Assembly: GCA_051294375.1 (NCBI GenBank) | Contig: JBJCIZ010000492.1 | Coordinates: 1-7,406 of the forward strand | Length of the DNA stretch: 7,406 bases | DNA from: Paraspadella gotoi | Taxonomy: Eukaryota > Animalia > Chaetognatha | Direction: 5' to 3' | In this document: piece after piece, positions 7,360 through 7,406 of the stretch | How positions within the stretch are numbered: position 1 is the stretch's first letter | How the letters are laid out: every line of letters begins with the position of its first letter | Notes under the pieces: generated by a model | Seen by the model: the letters and a program-made list of their open reading frames with translations, nothing else | What the model was told of the DNA's origin: nothing | Database searches by the model: none | Made by a program: the position numbers and the translations under genes

Positions 7360-7406
7360 ATTTAGTAAGCGATGATTCTACCACCGAGAGATATGGCCAC
7401 GTCGAC
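7360..7406 (+). CDS. Putative downstream exon, truncated by the window end ((N)LVSDDSTTERYGHVD)
   Basis: Acceptor-like ATTCTAG ending at 7359. The phase-1 frame is compatible with the exon 2 donor, stays open to the window end, and GC rises. A gap lies between the exons. Confidence 0.3.

Noticed and set aside
1-7406. tRNA, rRNA, prokaryotic operon, defence system or autonomous transposase/RT gene
   Set aside because: No recognisable RNA gene motifs and no long ORFs; nothing supports an encoded multi-gene system here.

Overview
AT-rich, repeat-dominated DNA that looks like a eukaryotic (probably invertebrate) draft scaffold, with two N gaps (25 N and 18 N). I see no prokaryotic genes, RNA genes or CRISPR array. 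The best-supported content is two oppositely oriented copies of a non-autonomous element with Helentron/HINE (DINE-1-like) architecture: ~1860-2970 on the minus strand and 5825-6609 on the plus strand. It shows a T-run start, 5' hairpin/subterminal inverted repeat (subTIR), GTCY microsatellites, ~150-bp central tandem units, a 3' subTIR, a small hairpin and a CTTGTT end. Also present are a ~700-bp direct duplication (1-693 vs 2974-3689) differing mostly by 1-bp indels, which may be a long-read or gap-filling artefact, a GA-rich ~160-185-bp satellite with diverged inverted copies, and a 22-bp minisatellite. A plausible spliced gene starts at 6814 and is missed by the ORF track. Two weaker coding-like relics lie at 4820-5152 (minus) and 5383-5682 (plus). 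Most supplied ORFs are translations of microsatellites or repeats. I cannot support a wholly new biological system; the best candidate for novelty is an uncatalogued HINE family caught expanding into satellite-like arrays.
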